Virus record (IMG/VR): IMGVR_UViG_3300003937_000084
Coordinates: 1 to 52,824 of that record
Source: a virus
Lineage: Duplodnaviria; Caudoviricetes
Reading direction: 5' to 3' (one strand)
Length of the DNA stretch: 52,824 nucleotides
Part shown: positions 40,501 to 49,764 of the stretch, piece by piece
Layout of the letters: each line of letters begins with the position of its first letter
Position numbering within the stretch: the first letter of the stretch is position 1
Notes under the pieces: model-generated
What the model saw: only the letters and a program-made list of their open reading frames with translations
Database searches by the model: none
Told to the model about the DNA's origin: nothing
Position numbers and translations under genes: made by a program

Positions 40501-43500
40501 AATGGGGAAATGTCTTTCTGCAATAACTCTTCCTGAAGAATTAAATTTATTAAACTCGCCAATAAATTCTCCTTTAGACTCATCAAATAAACCTTCCATA
40601 CTGTAACTAAAGGTAGCACCAACTCCACCTAAATTTTTATCTACAGCAATAACAGGGAACAACTTGTAATTGTGCTCAGATGAATTATATCCTATTCCAG
40701 TAGATCCAATACCAATACTGATGTTTTCAATCATCACTTTATCACCAACTTCAACTGGAAAATCATCTGATGCACTATACCCAACAGATAATTCAGCAGT
40801 AACTTCTTTAGTTACTGTGTTGAATCCAATTGTACTAATTCCACATCCATTAGTATTATAAATTGGTAGAATAGTAGGAATAGTGTTACTCATTCCCTTT
40901 GTATTCTTTCGGATAGTTACTTGATTATCACCAAGATCATAGTCAAGGTCTACGTCATTGAGAAGTTGATTTGATTTTCCATCAAACGCCAACAATCTAG
41001 GTGCAGAAGAATAACCTCTTCCACCTGAAGATATTCCAATAATATCAAATGACTTTAATGATTTGATTTTAACAATATTTGGTAATGTAATTGATGGCCT
41101 AAGTGTTCTATCTGATGGAAAATCAAATCCAATGCTCTTAAGATTAGTTTTGGTTATTTTACCAATTTCATTACTCTGTGCTTCTAAAATTACACCTGTA
41201 CCTCTAGCAGTAGAAACTGTAGTAATACCAGGTAGAGATTGATAACCCTGCCCACCATTAACAATTTCAAGTTTTCTTATTGAACCCTCGGTATGAGTAC
41301 AATCCGTTTCATAGATAATCTCTGCAGAAGAAGTTGATGAAATGTAAGCAGCTTTTTCTGGGGTTGGACCCATAGTAAAGCTAAATGAATTTGGTGCCGT
41401 AGTAGAAATTTTATACTTACCATTGTAAATGCTTCTTACAACTAATGCTGTATTATTTTCAAAAACTTCATTGTCAATATTAATTTCTGCTTTTGTTGCA
41501 GGAACATTACCACTCTCATATGTTGGATCAAGTCTATAGTAAAGTTTATCTGGTGTATTTTCGTTAACAACTAAAGTAACTTTTGCAATTCCGTCAACAC
41601 CAACTGTTCCCGATCTTTGAATATCATAATCTTTGCCATTGCTAATTTTTCCAACATATTTGTTAGTGAAATTTTTGTCGGCATATAAATTAAATTCAAA
41701 CGAGGGGTAGTTTGTAGATTGAATTTCGTGAGAAAGAGATGAGTTTGTTAAATTAAATGTAACTGTAGAATTTTTATATAATTTTAACGGAGGGTTAATT
41801 GGATTAATTACTCCACCACTACCAGTACTTGCTAACCCAACAGTAGTTGGAATTGCCCTGGTAGAATTTTCAAATGTGTCGGAAAATCTAAAAGAGTTTC
41901 CATCAATTATAGAAAGATAATAAATTCCATTATCTACAAGACCTTGTGTGGGATTAGATTGATCTTCGGTATAAACAATCTTCTGACCACGTACAAATCC
42001 ATGATTTTCAATAGTAACTACACCAGTGGAGGTGTTTATTCCCGTAGATGTATATGATTTTGGATTTACAATCAGTTTTCTATTATAATCATTATAAGAG
42101 ATATTAAAAGATGAAGTGATTCCTGGGTTAACATCTAATACAATATCATGACCAATATGAATCCCATGAGTTTCTCCTGTTGAAACTGTAACAGTATTTT
42201 TATTCATAGTTCCTGTTACAACACTATGATTAGTCTTAAGACTATGATAAACACCTGATCCAATTCCAATGAATGATAATGTAGTAATTTTAGTTGAACC
42301 GACTACACCCTCAAATATCCCAGTGCTTCCAAGACTAACTCTTGCAGTTGCTAATCCAATTAAATTGTTTGCAACTTTAGCAACAAACAAATTAGTTCCA
42401 TCAGCAATTGTCGTACCAATTCCAGCAGATACATGATTATCAGAGATTACAATACCTTTTCCTGCATTTCCATGAGTATCTTGATTTGATGAATATGTGA
42501 CTATATCACCAGTCTCAAGTCCATGGTCTTTGATGAAAATAGTTTTAGTTGGTATTACAATAGAAGTTGCCCCAATTCCTGGATTTTCAAAGAAAATCGT
42601 AGTTCCGATACCAACTCCACCTGTACTACCTAATCCAACAACTTCTATTGGATTAAAGTATATTTGTTTGTTAACTTTATAATCAAAATCAGTTTTAAAT
42701 CCAGCAGAAATGCTTAGTTTTCTTTGGGTTATAGTTGCTGCTGTCCCAACAGTATGAGAGACTCCAATAACACCATTTACTGATCTAAGAACTCTAACTC
42801 TTGATAAACGATTATCAACGTTTAGAACTTTTACTCGTTCTGTTCCAATTTGAATTATATCATTTTCTCTAATATCTGGATAATTTAGATTTCCAGTTAA
42901 ATTAAAGTATGTGACTAATCCAGTATATGTAACTGAACCAATTCCATTAGTCGAGATGCCTGTACCAGTAACCTTGTATACATTTGTACCAATTCCTGCA
43001 TTGTAAAATCCTTCAAGATCTGATGCAGTTGTCGATACTCCAGTTATTGATATTGTTTCTTGATTTTGAACATTATGAGGGTCATTAGAAAACAGTAAGT
43101 ATTTTCCTTTCCCACTTGGATAAAATTCTATATTTGATATAGAACTAGTGGCTAAACTTACACTATCAACTGGTTTTCCTAAGACGTGTGAGACCCTTGC
43201 AGAAACGCCTGTACCGCCTGTTTCGGTGTTATTAAATACAACGGGGTCACCTACTTTATAATTGATTCCACCGGTTATAATGCCGACGCCATCTATACTA
43301 CCTCTTGCTGCATTTTTAATTTCAACTTCTTGGGATAATTCTGCCGGTAAAGAGAGATACTTATATTGAACATCCTTATCATCAAATAAATTAAATGGTC
43401 TGGTATTTTTTATATAATCTGATGTATTGATATTATAATCATCTTGATTCGATACCTTTTGGAAGTTAAATTCATTTGGTTTTGCGTGGAAATTTTCTCC

Positions 43501-46500
43501 AATTAAATATGGGAATTTGGGTCTTCTAAAATTAGTGAACGGAGATTGTGTATCCGCTTCGTCAGATGCTATAGTAGTAAAATATGCATAAGTTCCTCCA
43601 GGGAAATCTGGAGTAACACAATGTCTTCCATTATTTTCATCAAGAACAGACTCGGAAGTTTGATTTTGGTAAACAAAATCATTAATAAAGAAACCAGATG
43701 GCCACAACGTTAATGGAGGTCTTTGTGGTGCATCTGCTTTCTCTACATACCCGGTTTCCATAATGGTAACAGACCCACCAGATCTTGTTGAATATCCATA
43801 TGGTCCATAGATTGGGTGGCCATCATAAGACCATCCAATAATTGGAGAGTGATTTGTAGAAACGTTTTCTTGCTTCGTGTTAACGTTTATTTCTAAATCA
43901 AACTCTCCATACTGTCGATTACCATCACCATCAACAGAGTACGACGATTGTCTTAATTTTCTTGGAGCATATATGTGACAATATTGGATACCAAAGTTTT
44001 CATTAGATCCATTCTCAACGACTCCATCATCATCAGAGAGTGCATAAAGATATTTCTGAAATAAATTAACTCTCCATGTTTGTATTTTTGCTTTTAATAC
44101 TTCACCTTCTCCTGGATGAATTACATTAACAGTGGTTGTATTTTGATTATATCCTGCACCAGGTTCAAGAACTTTAATTGCAGATAACGTTCCATTGGTT
44201 AATACCGGAGTTATTACAGCACCAATTCCATCTCCATTAATTACAAGATCTGGTGGAGAAATATATTGTCTTCCAGGATTTAATACCAGAATTTCTTCTA
44301 TTCTTCCTTGGTTGATAATTGGTTGACATTGTGCGTCCTGGCCAGGAACTGCTATAGTTAAAGGAGATCTATCTAAGTTTAATACTTCAGAGGCACCATA
44401 TCCAACACCATTATTTGTTAAATTGACTGATGTAATCTCTCCTCTAAAAATTGGTTGTAGTTGTGCTTGAAATGTTTCCAGACCAATCGAAGATATCCCA
44501 ATTTGTCCAGAAATTGCAACAGAAATATCTGGGTAATTAAAAGAGTGCGTTCCGGCACCTACAGAAGTTAGATTGACATATTGATTAGTTTCATAAAAAT
44601 ATCTCTGTGTTGATGTTGTAAGACCAACATTTGCTAATTTAAACTTGTCATTATCTATTTTGATAACATAATATTCGCTTTCATCAGTCAAACCACTTAT
44701 AGGTGAAGATCCTGCAGTGTATTTTACTGTCTCTCCAGACTTGTAATCATGATTTTTAATTTCAATATAATTAAGAGATGTACTTACACCAGTTATTCCA
44801 CAAGATCTCTTTTTGTTTTCATACCCATCACCACTACTAATGACTGATATTGATTCAACAACTGATTTTTTATTTACGGTTTCGAGGTTATGTGAACCAT
44901 TACCATATGATGTTAGTAATACAGTATTGATTCCTGCAATAACATCTGCAAGATTATTGTGAAGTGTTACTGTAACATTATTGGTTGTCCTTGCAAAATA
45001 CTTTGCATCAGTTGTCAATCCACCAACAGCGGTTTGACCATTGGTTCTATAGATGACATGTTCACCATTTCTCAGTTTATGATAAGTTGAAAATCCAATA
45101 GTAGATGCAGTGGCACCTAATGTAATTTTATTTGATGCTACTTCAGAGAAGAATGGAACCGAATGCCCAATTAACTTCATATTTGGTTGAGCAACTGCCC
45201 CAGATCCATTACCACCAGTGATGGTGATTACTGGAGTTTCGTCATAATCAAATCCAGGATCAAAAACTCTAATAGATTCTAGCGATCCAGAAACTGCAAT
45301 ATTTCCGGTTGCACCAGTTCCAACACTATCATTAATATGTAATAGTGGTGGATCGATGATATCGAAGTTTTCTCCGGCCGATATGACTTCAATCTCTTCA
45401 ATCTTACCATAATAAACAACATCTGGTGATTTATAATTTAATATTTCAACACCATTGACAAGAATTCCATTAAATCCTGGTTGTGTGGGTGTTAACTGTC
45501 CAGTATGTTGAGCAGTTTTTGGAATTTCTCTTAAAAGTTTTTGTGAAGTTAATTCTTTACCTTGAAATTGAAATGGTCTTAATGTATTATCATCTACTGT
45601 AACCGAACTTTCTACAGATACAAATTTTTCATTATATACATCATTTCTGCTTTTTGCTAATTTAACACTTGTATCAGATAATCTCTTAACATAATATAAA
45701 CCCTCTGGAAAATTAGCGCCTAAGGATTGTTTTTTAACTTCTCTTACGCCGACTTTTCCCCTAAAATCAACAAATGCTTCTGTTGTAATTCCTACAGAGT
45801 AGTAAACTGGATCTCCAGAATATAAATTATGCTTTGTTCCCGGAGATATTAATAATTCTTCCCCTAAAAATGTTCCGGAAAAAGTTACCGACCTATCACT
45901 AGCATTAAGTCTTGATCCAAAATATGAAGGTATGGATGAAGATGCCACAAGAAAATTGTCATCATTGTCAAAAATACCTTGAATATCCGTTTGATATAAT
46001 TGAGCTGAACCAAAGTTAGCAGCATCTCCCTTCAATATCTGCCTTGTGAGTGTATAAGTTTTGTTAATATCTAAAGGGCCAGATCCTTTTATAGAAATTG
46101 ATCTGACAGAATTAACTCCATATACTGTTCCTCCAAGTTTAGCAGATCCTTTAAGTTCAGCTACACTAAGTTTGTCGCCATTTTTAAAGAAATGATCTTT
46201 ATTTAAGGTCAGTTTATAACTATTATCCGAAGAATCTACCAATTCTATTGAATTTACCAGATGATCTGACGAATAGTTATAAAACCAAGTATTATAAATT
46301 GCAGAATTTTTATTATTACCAAGAGTTTTAATTCTTGCAATGTCTCCATTTTGGAAATTTTTTGTATTTTCTGGGTATACAAAATCACTCAGAACTGCAT
46401 TAATTCTAACTTTAACAGTTTGGTTGGGATCTTTAAAAGATCTTCCATATGCAAAGGTGTTAATACCAACAGTTTCTCCATCAACAATAATTCCCGTTAC

Positions 46501-47637
46501 ATTAGAACATCCAAAGAATTGTGTAAAGTTCTTTGAGGTATAAGATACAACTCCAGTAGTAGTATCATTATAAGTTACGGATAGTTCTCCTATTGTTCCA
46601 AAACCAACAGTCGAATCAACAAAAAGAATACTTGCACCGGATCCTACTTGTCCAATTACTCTAGTTTTAGGATGAATTCCAAATGCTCCTCGAATTGCAC
46701 CTTGAACTTCAACGTCTCTATCATATCCTCCATCAAGACTCAATTTATAAAAACTTTTTGCTGTTCCTACTTGAAATACTTGAAGTTTTTCTACTGATGT
46801 AATTGGAGCATATGCTTTTACTAAACCAGCATCTGGAAAATTATCTTGAAAAAGAGTTGCTTGATCCAAATCAAGAGGATCTCCATCTACAGATTCTACA
46901 ACTAAATCGTTTGTAATCCTAAAATCTGAGTTTGACGGTGTAAAAAGAAAATCTCTTGGCTTAACTACAGATACATCTTGATTATATAATGCTCGGAATA
47001 AAATTTCAAAAGATCTATCTGTTCCTCTACTCAGATAAAAATCCTTAGATTGTTTGATGAATAAATTTTCGTTTAAACCTTCAGTAAGAGGTCTTTCGTC
47101 AAGAAGAGGTAAAAATTGATGTTTTGTTTTTACTAAAAATTCTTTTAAGAATAAGATGCTTAAATTTTCAATTAAAGCACCTGATTCATGAAGTGTCTGG
47201 CTAGATGAAGTAAATATTAAATTTTCTGGATTTGCTTCTTTCTTATACGCAGTAGTTCCAGAAAATCCTCTAATACATCCAGTAAAAGAGTTACTAGTCT
47301 TTCCAGTATAGGTTATAATTTCATCATCAATTTTAAGTAATCCATAAGATTCAGGAAATCCGTCAGTTCCTGTTATAGAATTTCTAAAATCAACAGTTAT
47401 TGTTGTATCAGATGCAGATATTTCATCTAATAGAACAACGGAATCACCTAATCCGGTTGTTTCATCAATTTTAATATAACGATCAATATTTTGAATCAAA
47501 TCAATAGGAGCACCTTTAAATTCAAGTGCTTGATAATATGATTTTAAAAACTCAGAAATAAGTGGGAACTCATCTCTAACATAAGAGGGGAGCTGGTTCT
47601 GAACGATGTTATTAAACTGTACTCTTTTTTCTGACAT
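34519..47637 (-). CDS. gp7: Giant baseplate wedge initiator gp7-like protein (4372 aa)
   Basis: Between gp6 and gp8; N-term QLP.YV..EFP...EFL..YY, KDFY.S.GT..SF.ILFRALY; internal QDS.YYQ.FSYS.RS...W...V....HTAGFK.F motif; many fibre-like repeats. Confidence 0.85.
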   Translation of the reverse strand: MSEKRVQFNNIVQNQLPSYVRDEFPLISEFLKSYYQALEFKGAPIDLIQNIDRYIKIDETTGLGDSVVLLDEISASDTTITVDFRNSITGTDGFPESYGLLKIDDEIITYTGKTSNSFTGCIRGFSGTTAYKKEANPENLIFTSSSQTLHESGALIENLSILFLKEFLVKTKHQFLPLLDERPLTEGLNENLFIKQSKDFYLSRGTDRSFEILFRALYNQDVSVVKPRDFLFTPSNSDFRITNDLVVESVDGDPLDLDQATLFQDNFPDAGLVKAYAPITSVEKLQVFQVGTAKSFYKLSLDGGYDRDVEVQGAIRGAFGIHPKTRVIGQVGSGASILFVDSTVGFGTIGELSVTYNDTTTGVVSYTSKNFTQFFGCSNVTGIIVDGETVGINTFAYGRSFKDPNQTVKVRINAVLSDFVYPENTKNFQNGDIARIKTLGNNKNSAIYNTWFYNYSSDHLVNSIELVDSSDNSYKLTLNKDHFFKNGDKLSVAELKGSAKLGGTVYGVNSVRSISIKGSGPLDINKTYTLTRQILKGDAANFGSAQLYQTDIQGIFDNDDNFLVASSSIPSYFGSRLNASDRSVTFSGTFLGEELLISPGTKHNLYSGDPVYYSVGITTEAFVDFRGKVGVREVKKQSLGANFPEGLYYVKRLSDTSVKLAKSRNDVYNEKFVSVESSVTVDDNTLRPFQFQGKELTSQKLLREIPKTAQHTGQLTPTQPGFNGILVNGVEILNYKSPDVVYYGKIEEIEVISAGENFDIIDPPLLHINDSVGTGATGNIAVSGSLESIRVFDPGFDYDETPVITITGGNGSGAVAQPNMKLIGHSVPFFSEVASNKITLGATASTIGFSTYHKLRNGEHVIYRTNGQTAVGGLTTDAKYFARTTNNVTVTLHNNLADVIAGINTVLLTSYGNGSHNLETVNKKSVVESISVISSGDGYENKKRSCGITGVSTSLNYIEIKNHDYKSGETVKYTAGSSPISGLTDESEYYVIKIDNDKFKLANVGLTTSTQRYFYETNQYVNLTSVGAGTHSFNYPDISVAISGQIGISSIGLETFQAQLQPIFRGEITSVNLTNNGVGYGASEVLNLDRSPLTIAVPGQDAQCQPIINQGRIEEILVLNPGRQYISPPDLVINGDGIGAVITPVLTNGTLSAIKVLEPGAGYNQNTTTVNVIHPGEGEVLKAKIQTWRVNLFQKYLYALSDDDGVVENGSNENFGIQYCHIYAPRKLRQSSYSVDGDGNRQYGEFDLEINVNTKQENVSTNHSPIIGWSYDGHPIYGPYGYSTRSGGSVTIMETGYVEKADAPQRPPLTLWPSGFFINDFVYQNQTSESVLDENNGRHCVTPDFPGGTYAYFTTIASDEADTQSPFTNFRRPKFPYLIGENFHAKPNEFNFQKVSNQDDYNINTSDYIKNTRPFNLFDDKDVQYKYLSLPAELSQEVEIKNAARGSIDGVGIITGGINYKVGDPVVFNNTETGGTGVSARVSHVLGKPVDSVSLATSSISNIEFYPSGKGKYLLFSNDPHNVQNQETISITGVSTTASDLEGFYNAGIGTNVYKVTGTGISTNGIGSVTYTGLVTYFNLTGNLNYPDIRENDIIQIGTERVKVLNVDNRLSRVRVLRSVNGVIGVSHTVGTAATITQRKLSISAGFKTDFDYKVNKQIYFNPIEVVGLGSTGGVGIGTTIFFENPGIGATSIVIPTKTIFIKDHGLETGDIVTYSSNQDTHGNAGKGIVISDNHVSAGIGTTIADGTNLFVAKVANNLIGLATARVSLGSTGIFEGVVGSTKITTLSFIGIGSGVYHSLKTNHSVVTGTMNKNTVTVSTGETHGIHIGHDIVLDVNPGITSSFNISYNDYNRKLIVNPKSYTSTGINTSTGVVTIENHGFVRGQKIVYTEDQSNPTQGLVDNGIYYLSIIDGNSFRFSDTFENSTRAIPTTVGLASTGSGGVINPINPPLKLYKNSTVTFNLTNSSLSHEIQSTNYPSFEFNLYADKNFTNKYVGKISNGKDYDIQRSGTVGVDGIAKVTLVVNENTPDKLYYRLDPTYESGNVPATKAEINIDNEVFENNTALVVRSIYNGKYKISTTAPNSFSFTMGPTPEKAAYISSTSSAEIIYETDCTHTEGSIRKLEIVNGGQGYQSLPGITTVSTARGTGVILEAQSNEIGKITKTNLKSIGFDFPSDRTLRPSITLPNIVKIKSLKSFDIIGISSGGRGYSSAPRLLAFDGKSNQLLNDVDLDYDLGDNQVTIRKNTKGMSNTIPTILPIYNTNGCGISTIGFNTVTKEVTAELSVGYSASDDFPVEVGDKVMIENISIGIGSTGIGYNSSEHNYKLFPVIAVDKNLGGVGATFSYSMEGLFDESKGEFIGEFNKFNSSGRVIAERHFPIFNISLKDNEFLDGEEVKSLTTSGTVESWDRKTGTLRVSTSENFILGEVIEGLASKTQGIADRVETYESILNTDASSRVVKGSTTNSGFLNANMQRVQDSFYYQNFSYSLRSRVDFDTWNDVVSTTNHTAGFKKFSDYQLETPAEFSEVQANSMRVGLSTELSYFTVVNDLYSIGNLNCTQDFDLALENSLNASGSIFSDEIIFASRILTDFFESFGNRAVDFDDVSHLFNSNPRATRFQLIDEFNVTNSRFLKYFIYFKDERFESERQFGIVNMIQDGRFAYFNQYGRMYSQDELADFDFKISGTQGSLQFFPRKFAINDYQIVSLAYHLDDRVVGIGTSIVLGNGSVDIRTSSVALPSGGGVRTTIVSTAATTRSLKVMSLISDPATNDHEYNELNIIHDDSEVSVTEFGRLMTTDNSTSFSGTGFGTYYPHIDSNLLKVDFIPSVSAAMTCNTMQIGFGTDGITGLSTDQMKHTILEGGSTAIPASGTPGITTVADYISDYDSAYFMVSITDKTNNTYEMRELVLIDTDSNEDGTGEVEVQEFGIVETDTNLPYITGLGTFGARVNSGGGISLTFTPQANIAVDVKSYTQALKIEDDSRDQRSFGNGLFVTNYARYEGTENAVKKTFTLEHRSAPIFEKYFLGNDSDIISVSANTITIPNHFFVSGERIRYDRNGGITSSIGIGLTNIPGVGNTEFLPIDIDLYAIKVGDDKIQLASTAENALKKIAIPMELTSVGIGTSHRFSATNQNSRCLIALDNLIQSPIVSTSQTTGLSTNVSTVDNVIKISGIQSYFGSDLIKMGNEIMKITSVGVGSTNAVRVRRGQLGTKIGTGNTGEPITKVVGNYNITDSVLHFAAAPYGLVPIGSTTNPPDERDWEGISASSSFQGRMFMRSGVEDTTDDTYHTNYLFDSLSNKFDGNTSVYPLTSIGSSDISGISTGNAIILVNDILQGPGLGRDFTLGENTGITTIAFTGTASSTTTDANTSGLPVGGVLLSLGSTEGFGYQPLVSAGATAKVTNVGVLTDVAIGNTGSGYRVAEKYEFLVNTNEFVGIGSTNVFIPNTGSVLDLLPQLNTGSNCEIQFGRVADSYISGTIVSSASTFVRFHIDDSLSVGIPTGTRARVIVSNPPIGFVNVSAASTSVGIETSKYHVGFATIINGNVSTAISVTNNSTPRFYSAKSITNVGYSSITGITTVTTSTAHGLSEGEAIQLSGIAFTCTYAPPINVSDADYNNLTGVTTITTATPHLLQVGKGVVLTGIAFTCGLDNGSSTHTYPRTTDPAYCGVSVIEIVNSTKFVVNTGPSTVPTFYQSGGTIQGAIINAPRKKNKSASGNDFASGGSSVIAVLSPTSFVVNTGISTCPHFYNRCGKVNRPLSLFVDDPLSYTNIPINYVGAANSGLNGTVDIVVGNGSSIVDFSINNKGVGYKEGEVLTISTGGLTGIPTTGTTSNFRNFELTVQKVFSDEFTGWSVGVLQPLDDPSVLFDGATRSFNLSLAGNQISIRSPRGSKVDVEKVLIITINDILQEPGKGYEFPGGSVIKFAEPPKPGDSCKIIFYKGTGDDTDVIFREVIETVKTGDTLTLGYDNAAGQSTNLQEEARTVTNINSTDQVETFAYFGPGNTEDETLSRRVKWCRQTEDKLINEKRVGKDRELYEPQIHPYAYITKSVGIGSTTIYVDRLRPVFNAQNENDTALTFQNKFKFATQTVTSGAAATAVVSDTGTISSIVLSDGGVGYSTATITVGSPSVGFVTATANPVIGVGETISSITITNAGTGYTNTNPPVVLVSEPSYSEEENSSANYAGDSGIIVGFGTTTTSGLTTQFVFDLHIPLDSKLRDESIVGTAVTLSGLEQGDFFIVSNSNVGSATTSITSLNQSGGTAGVGKSFVDNVYVVAHSENIIRTIRLDAAGVGIGTTVCRRVFTNVTQPKFDTSGIGTQSTSTVAGYGDYSWGKITLTSRAGLNSYTAYTENGILGITTSTRVERSAPLKFKNYAI

Positions 47638-47651
47638 TTTCTATGATTCTA

Positions 47652-49763
47652 TTAGTAACCTGAGGAGTAACTGCTGCCGCCACCACCGCCGGAAGATGGA
47701 GTGCTTGTAGGTGTAGATGATGATGTTGTAGATGTACTAGATGTACCATATGTACTACCAGATACTGTTGCAAGAGTTGTATTTCCAGTTGTGGTAGTAG
47801 TAGCGGTTGTTGCGGAAACAGGAACACTACCTCTACCACCAGGACGTACTAAAACGCCATTTGCATAACTTGAAGATACAATGTAGTTAGATGCTGAAGG
47901 GTCAACACCGGAAGCAATTTCATCTGTTACTGTTTCAAAATTACTACTTGTAATATCTAACTGTAAATAGAGATCTTGCAATCCAACGACATCATTTGAA
48001 ACTGGAGAACCAGAGATTTCAATAATTGTTTGTCCGGTTTTTGTTTTTCCAGATAAAACATTTATTGGATTTAGTGTCAATACACCCCTCTCATAATCAA
48101 TTGTTCCAATATTCCTCTTGACAATAGTAGGACTTGAGGAATTTATAGATGGAACAGAAAATAAGAATAATTCACCGGTTTCTCTATTTGAGTTGGGTAA
48201 ATCTGAGATATAAACATCGGTTCCAATACCATCAACCCTGAATGCAGAAGTTTTAATATTGTAACCACTCATTTTCTTAATATAGAAAGAATTACCGAAA
48301 CCAATTTGATATTCAACTAAAGCATTCAATGTTACTCTTAAATCTCGTCTCATCTGAATAGTTGTAATATTCGACGTTACAGATTCATGACTATCATCAA
48401 TCACCTTTAAAAATTTACTATACTTGAACCTTGCTCCATACTTATTTAACTCAGTTGATTCTGCGTATTTTGTGACATTATTTTGAACTAACGTTGAAAC
48501 TAATTCGGAACTATTTGCTGCATTTGTGTTATAATATATCTTACTATCAGTTTCAAGATACAAATATTTTAAATCAAGTATCTCTGGAACAATACCCGCA
48601 ACAGCATATTTTTTCAATCTCATCTTTATATTTTCTTTAATCAAGTTTGGTAGATAATCACCAAATGTTGGCTTAATGCTAATGAAAACCTTACCATATT
48701 GGGGTGGAACTAACTCTTCTCCACCAAAAACAGAGATGGATTCAGTTTCTGGGTAAATTTTTGCTGGAATAATTGTTTCATAATCATTGGAAGTCAGTGC
48801 TCTATTTTGTGTGGCATATATTCTTGGGGCAAACTTTTTAATTGACTCCACAGTTTCAATATTTTGACCTCCAGAAGTAATTATACCTGGAGTCAGTAAA
48901 GATACTCCTGAAGTTACATTATATTCAATTCCATTTCTTGTATATGTCAATCTTCCTGAAAAATTAAAATTTGATATACCATTTGCAGCATCACCATTAC
49001 TTACAATATAGTTTGCAGTAATATAATTGCCTTCTTCTAATGCTTTTCCAAAAATATCGTCTCCAAAAATTAATTCATACCTTTCATCTGAAATTTCTTG
49101 TAAATAATAGACTTTTGATTCTGGATTGATATCAAAAAGACTATCTTGGAGAGCATATTTGGTAGAAGATGTAGAAAATTCGTTACTTCTAACTGTAACA
49201 CGAATTAAATCAGTATCAATGCCGGAATTTGGTAAAATATACTTTTGATTTAGATTTCTGGTAGATCTAGTAAAGTTTGATTCTAAAAGAACACCTTCGT
49301 AAATTTGTAATTCGTTAAAAGTTGCAATTCCATTAAAAACAGGAATTGTAACATCTTCTAAAATTGAAAATATAAACGATTGAGAAGCAAAAGTTCCTGA
49401 ACTTGATGCAACAACTCCTTTTTTAAGTGTAATGGTCGATGGAGTTGGAGATATGTCCGCAGTGTCTACATCAAAAGTAACTGTTGCTAATGCTGCCTTT
49501 CTAGATTTAGGAACATAACCAATATTTCTTGCAAGTGCTACAACATTCTCTCTTAATGTTGAACTATCAATAAAAACCTCATTTGCAACCATGTTTGCAT
49601 TATATGAGGTAATATATGTGTTATATGCCAACACATCAATAATAGATGAAAGATTGGATCCTTCAAAATCATAGTCCGTAAAATTGGAGTTTGATTTTAA
49701 ATACTCTTTAAGTGATGTTTTAACCTGTTCAAAGTCCAGGTTAGAGAAATTGACTAATGGCAT
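47652..49763 (-). CDS. gp6: Baseplate wedge subunit gp6
   Basis: LDF..K.SL..YL....FTDYDFEGS, LAYNTY, NVV.LA.NIGY.P.S, FGD...GK, QNRA.T..DY, GGEEL.PPQYGKVFISIKP. Confidence 0.96.
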   Translation of the reverse strand: MPLVNFSNLDFEQVKTSLKEYLKSNSNFTDYDFEGSNLSSIIDVLAYNTYITSYNANMVANEVFIDSSTLRENVVALARNIGYVPKSRKAALATVTFDVDTADISPTPSTITLKKGVVASSSGTFASQSFIFSILEDVTIPVFNGIATFNELQIYEGVLLESNFTRSTRNLNQKYILPNSGIDTDLIRVTVRSNEFSTSSTKYALQDSLFDINPESKVYYLQEISDERYELIFGDDIFGKALEEGNYITANYIVSNGDAANGISNFNFSGRLTYTRNGIEYNVTSGVSLLTPGIITSGGQNIETVESIKKFAPRIYATQNRALTSNDYETIIPAKIYPETESISVFGGEELVPPQYGKVFISIKPTFGDYLPNLIKENIKMRLKKYAVAGIVPEILDLKYLYLETDSKIYYNTNAANSSELVSTLVQNNVTKYAESTELNKYGARFKYSKFLKVIDDSHESVTSNITTIQMRRDLRVTLNALVEYQIGFGNSFYIKKMSGYNIKTSAFRVDGIGTDVYISDLPNSNRETGELFLFSVPSINSSSPTIVKRNIGTIDYERGVLTLNPINVLSGKTKTGQTIIEISGSPVSNDVVGLQDLYLQLDITSSNFETVTDEIASGVDPSASNYIVSSSYANGVLVRPGGRGSVPVSATTATTTTTGNTTLATVSGSTYGTSSTSTTSSSTPTSTPSSGGGGGSSYSSGY

Positions 49764-49764
49764 G

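Noticed and set aside
47612-47839. 75-aa His/Leu/Gln-rich ORF bridging gp6 and gp7
   Set aside because: Alternative frame of the low-complexity gp6 tail; no evidence for a gp6-gp7 frameshift fusion
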